A stretch of 64,000 nt of DNA from Raillietiella orientalis (taxonomy: Eukaryota): the NCBI GenBank assembly GCA_036172245.1, contig JAYWIR010000032.1:62001-126000 (forward strand), given 5' to 3'. Below, piece after piece: positions 62,401 through 64,000 of this stretch (positions are counted from its first letter, which is position 1; every line of letters starts with the position of its first letter). Both the position numbers and the translations under genes were made by a program. The notes under the pieces are model-generated. The model did not search any database. It saw only the letters and a list, made by a program, of their open reading frames with translations, and was not told the origin of the DNA.

Positions 62401-64000
62401 CAGTGCGGCACTGCTAAATCATAATCAGGTCCTGCACTCTTACTGCAACCGTCAGCATGCAAAAAAGTATAAATGGATGTTGTCATTCTTCCAAATCGAT
62501 TGTACACTTCTAGGTTCCACGTAATCCAAGAAACGTACAGACATTCTCTTTCGTGGAAGATTATTTTACTACCTCAGAAACGTGTTCTCAGGGAAGCATA
62601 CATTGCGCTACTTTTTCTAGAAATTATAAGAAACCAATTCAATATTTTGGAAAAGTGGAGCTTATTCATGATGCCAATGTTTTAATTTATTTAGCGTATT
62701 CCTATCTTAATGAACATGAGCTTTGCATTTTGCGTCAAAAATGTTGGTCGCACCTTTGAAAACAAGCTTCATCGCGAGAGCGAGCCACAATACATGCAAA
62801 AATTGCAGGACGTGGAACATATTCCACTTGAGTCTGAATCAAAAGGACACAAGCGCAGAACACACTTTTTTAAAATGGATGCTCGAGTGGCGTTATTATG
62901 AACTTATTGCGATTTACTCAGATTATTTAGTGGTTTTCCTCTTTGCCTAACAAACTAAACCGCTAATCGATTCTGCTAGACAATTTGCAGTTTAATTCTA
63001 ATTTAATCAGCGCCCTCGTGATGTTGTTGAGTAAATAGGGAAATTGAATTTAGTGTAGCTACAGGGATGAGACTCGCGACGAAGCGGTGGTCGAGAAGGA
63101 AAGCAGACCAGATGGTTGTTCCTTGCAAGGTTATAATAACATTCAAAATCATTTAAATGCCGCTCCTCTGAGTACTTGGTGAAGGATAGTTCACAAGAGA
63201 TCACGGGAAGTTTGCGTATTATGCTTCTGAAAATGCAATCACAACGAATTTTTGATGTTTTGCGAAAGAAAACGCAACTGAACATGAAAGCGTGAAGTGA
63301 CAGCCGAATCCAGGTTTGTTATACATACGAAATTATGATTAAAACGGAATAGCATACTATTCTCCACCTGATTTTATCAACTTTCTTTTTTACAGCAGAC
63401 TGCTTGCTTTCTGGAAACCCTTCAAATCTGTTTGCGGGCATCTGCAGCGCTGTCCTCGAACATTCTGGAAGATCTAATGTTTTCCTGACTGCTTGCGCAA
63501 AAAGTCCTCTTGCGCCCTCCACAATGCTTCCGCAAGTGTTCTTTCAGCTGAAAACTAAAATACTGTTCAACGCCTTAGGCAGAGTGCATCAGAAATAACA
63601 TTGAAGAAGTAAATATGTTCCAATCGCAGGATGTCAGAGAGAGCATTTGGTTCGCTCAAAGAGAATGGAGCTGAGGCCGTTATGTCAGATGGACGAGTCT
63701 CTCACTGCATGCAAGCAAATATGCAGGAACATGCCAACAGACAGTGGTATCGTGGCTAAGAAACGAGCGTTCCACAATAACACTTTGCATGTTCTTGATG
63801 CATCTCGCCACGATCTCCACTGCTTCCATTTCGGACACGAGACAATCGGATTCCACTTAGTATGGAAATAAATGGAATCATTATACTCGCGTTTGAAACA
63901 GCAGCAACGTGAACTCTGTCGCCTTTCCTGTGATGAAGCTTGGAGATATCTGCCATTGTGGGCACAACCGCTAAAACACACGCGTATGCTCCGGTCTCCA

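Overview
Eukaryotic genomic DNA (microsatellites, homopolymer tracts, GT-AG introns); the organism cannot be identified from the sequence. The dominant feature is a ~35-kb nest (about 22.4-57.4 kb) of decayed L1/Tx1-clade non-LTR retrotransposons (ORF1 with CCHC zinc knuckles; ORF2 with APE endonuclease, RT and C-terminal CCHC zinc finger). They belong to several subfamilies, which I label A-E, and are inserted into one another in both orientations. Main observation: every intact end of family A abuts a 15-nt sequence TCGAANGCYTTRYGY, the antisense of the codons for the conserved RT motif (H/R)-K-A-F-D. The five copies of this 15-mer differ mainly at the wobble positions of that antisense frame, and copy A1 sits exactly at the KAFD motif of an oppositely oriented retroelement. 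This suggests a site-specific retrotransposon that targets the RT gene of other retrotransposons. Further observations: family D appears twice at a homologous site of another element's ORF1; covarying 3'UTR hairpins are shared across subfamilies; ORF1/ORF2 overlap as TAATG; A1 and A2 share identical tracts, one containing an in-frame TAG; and an inverted pair of 11-bp-period arrays flanks a CpG-rich core at 13.9-15.9 kb. The flanks contain very old TE relics and two probable exons of a host alpha/beta-hydrolase. All alignments and identities were done by eye.
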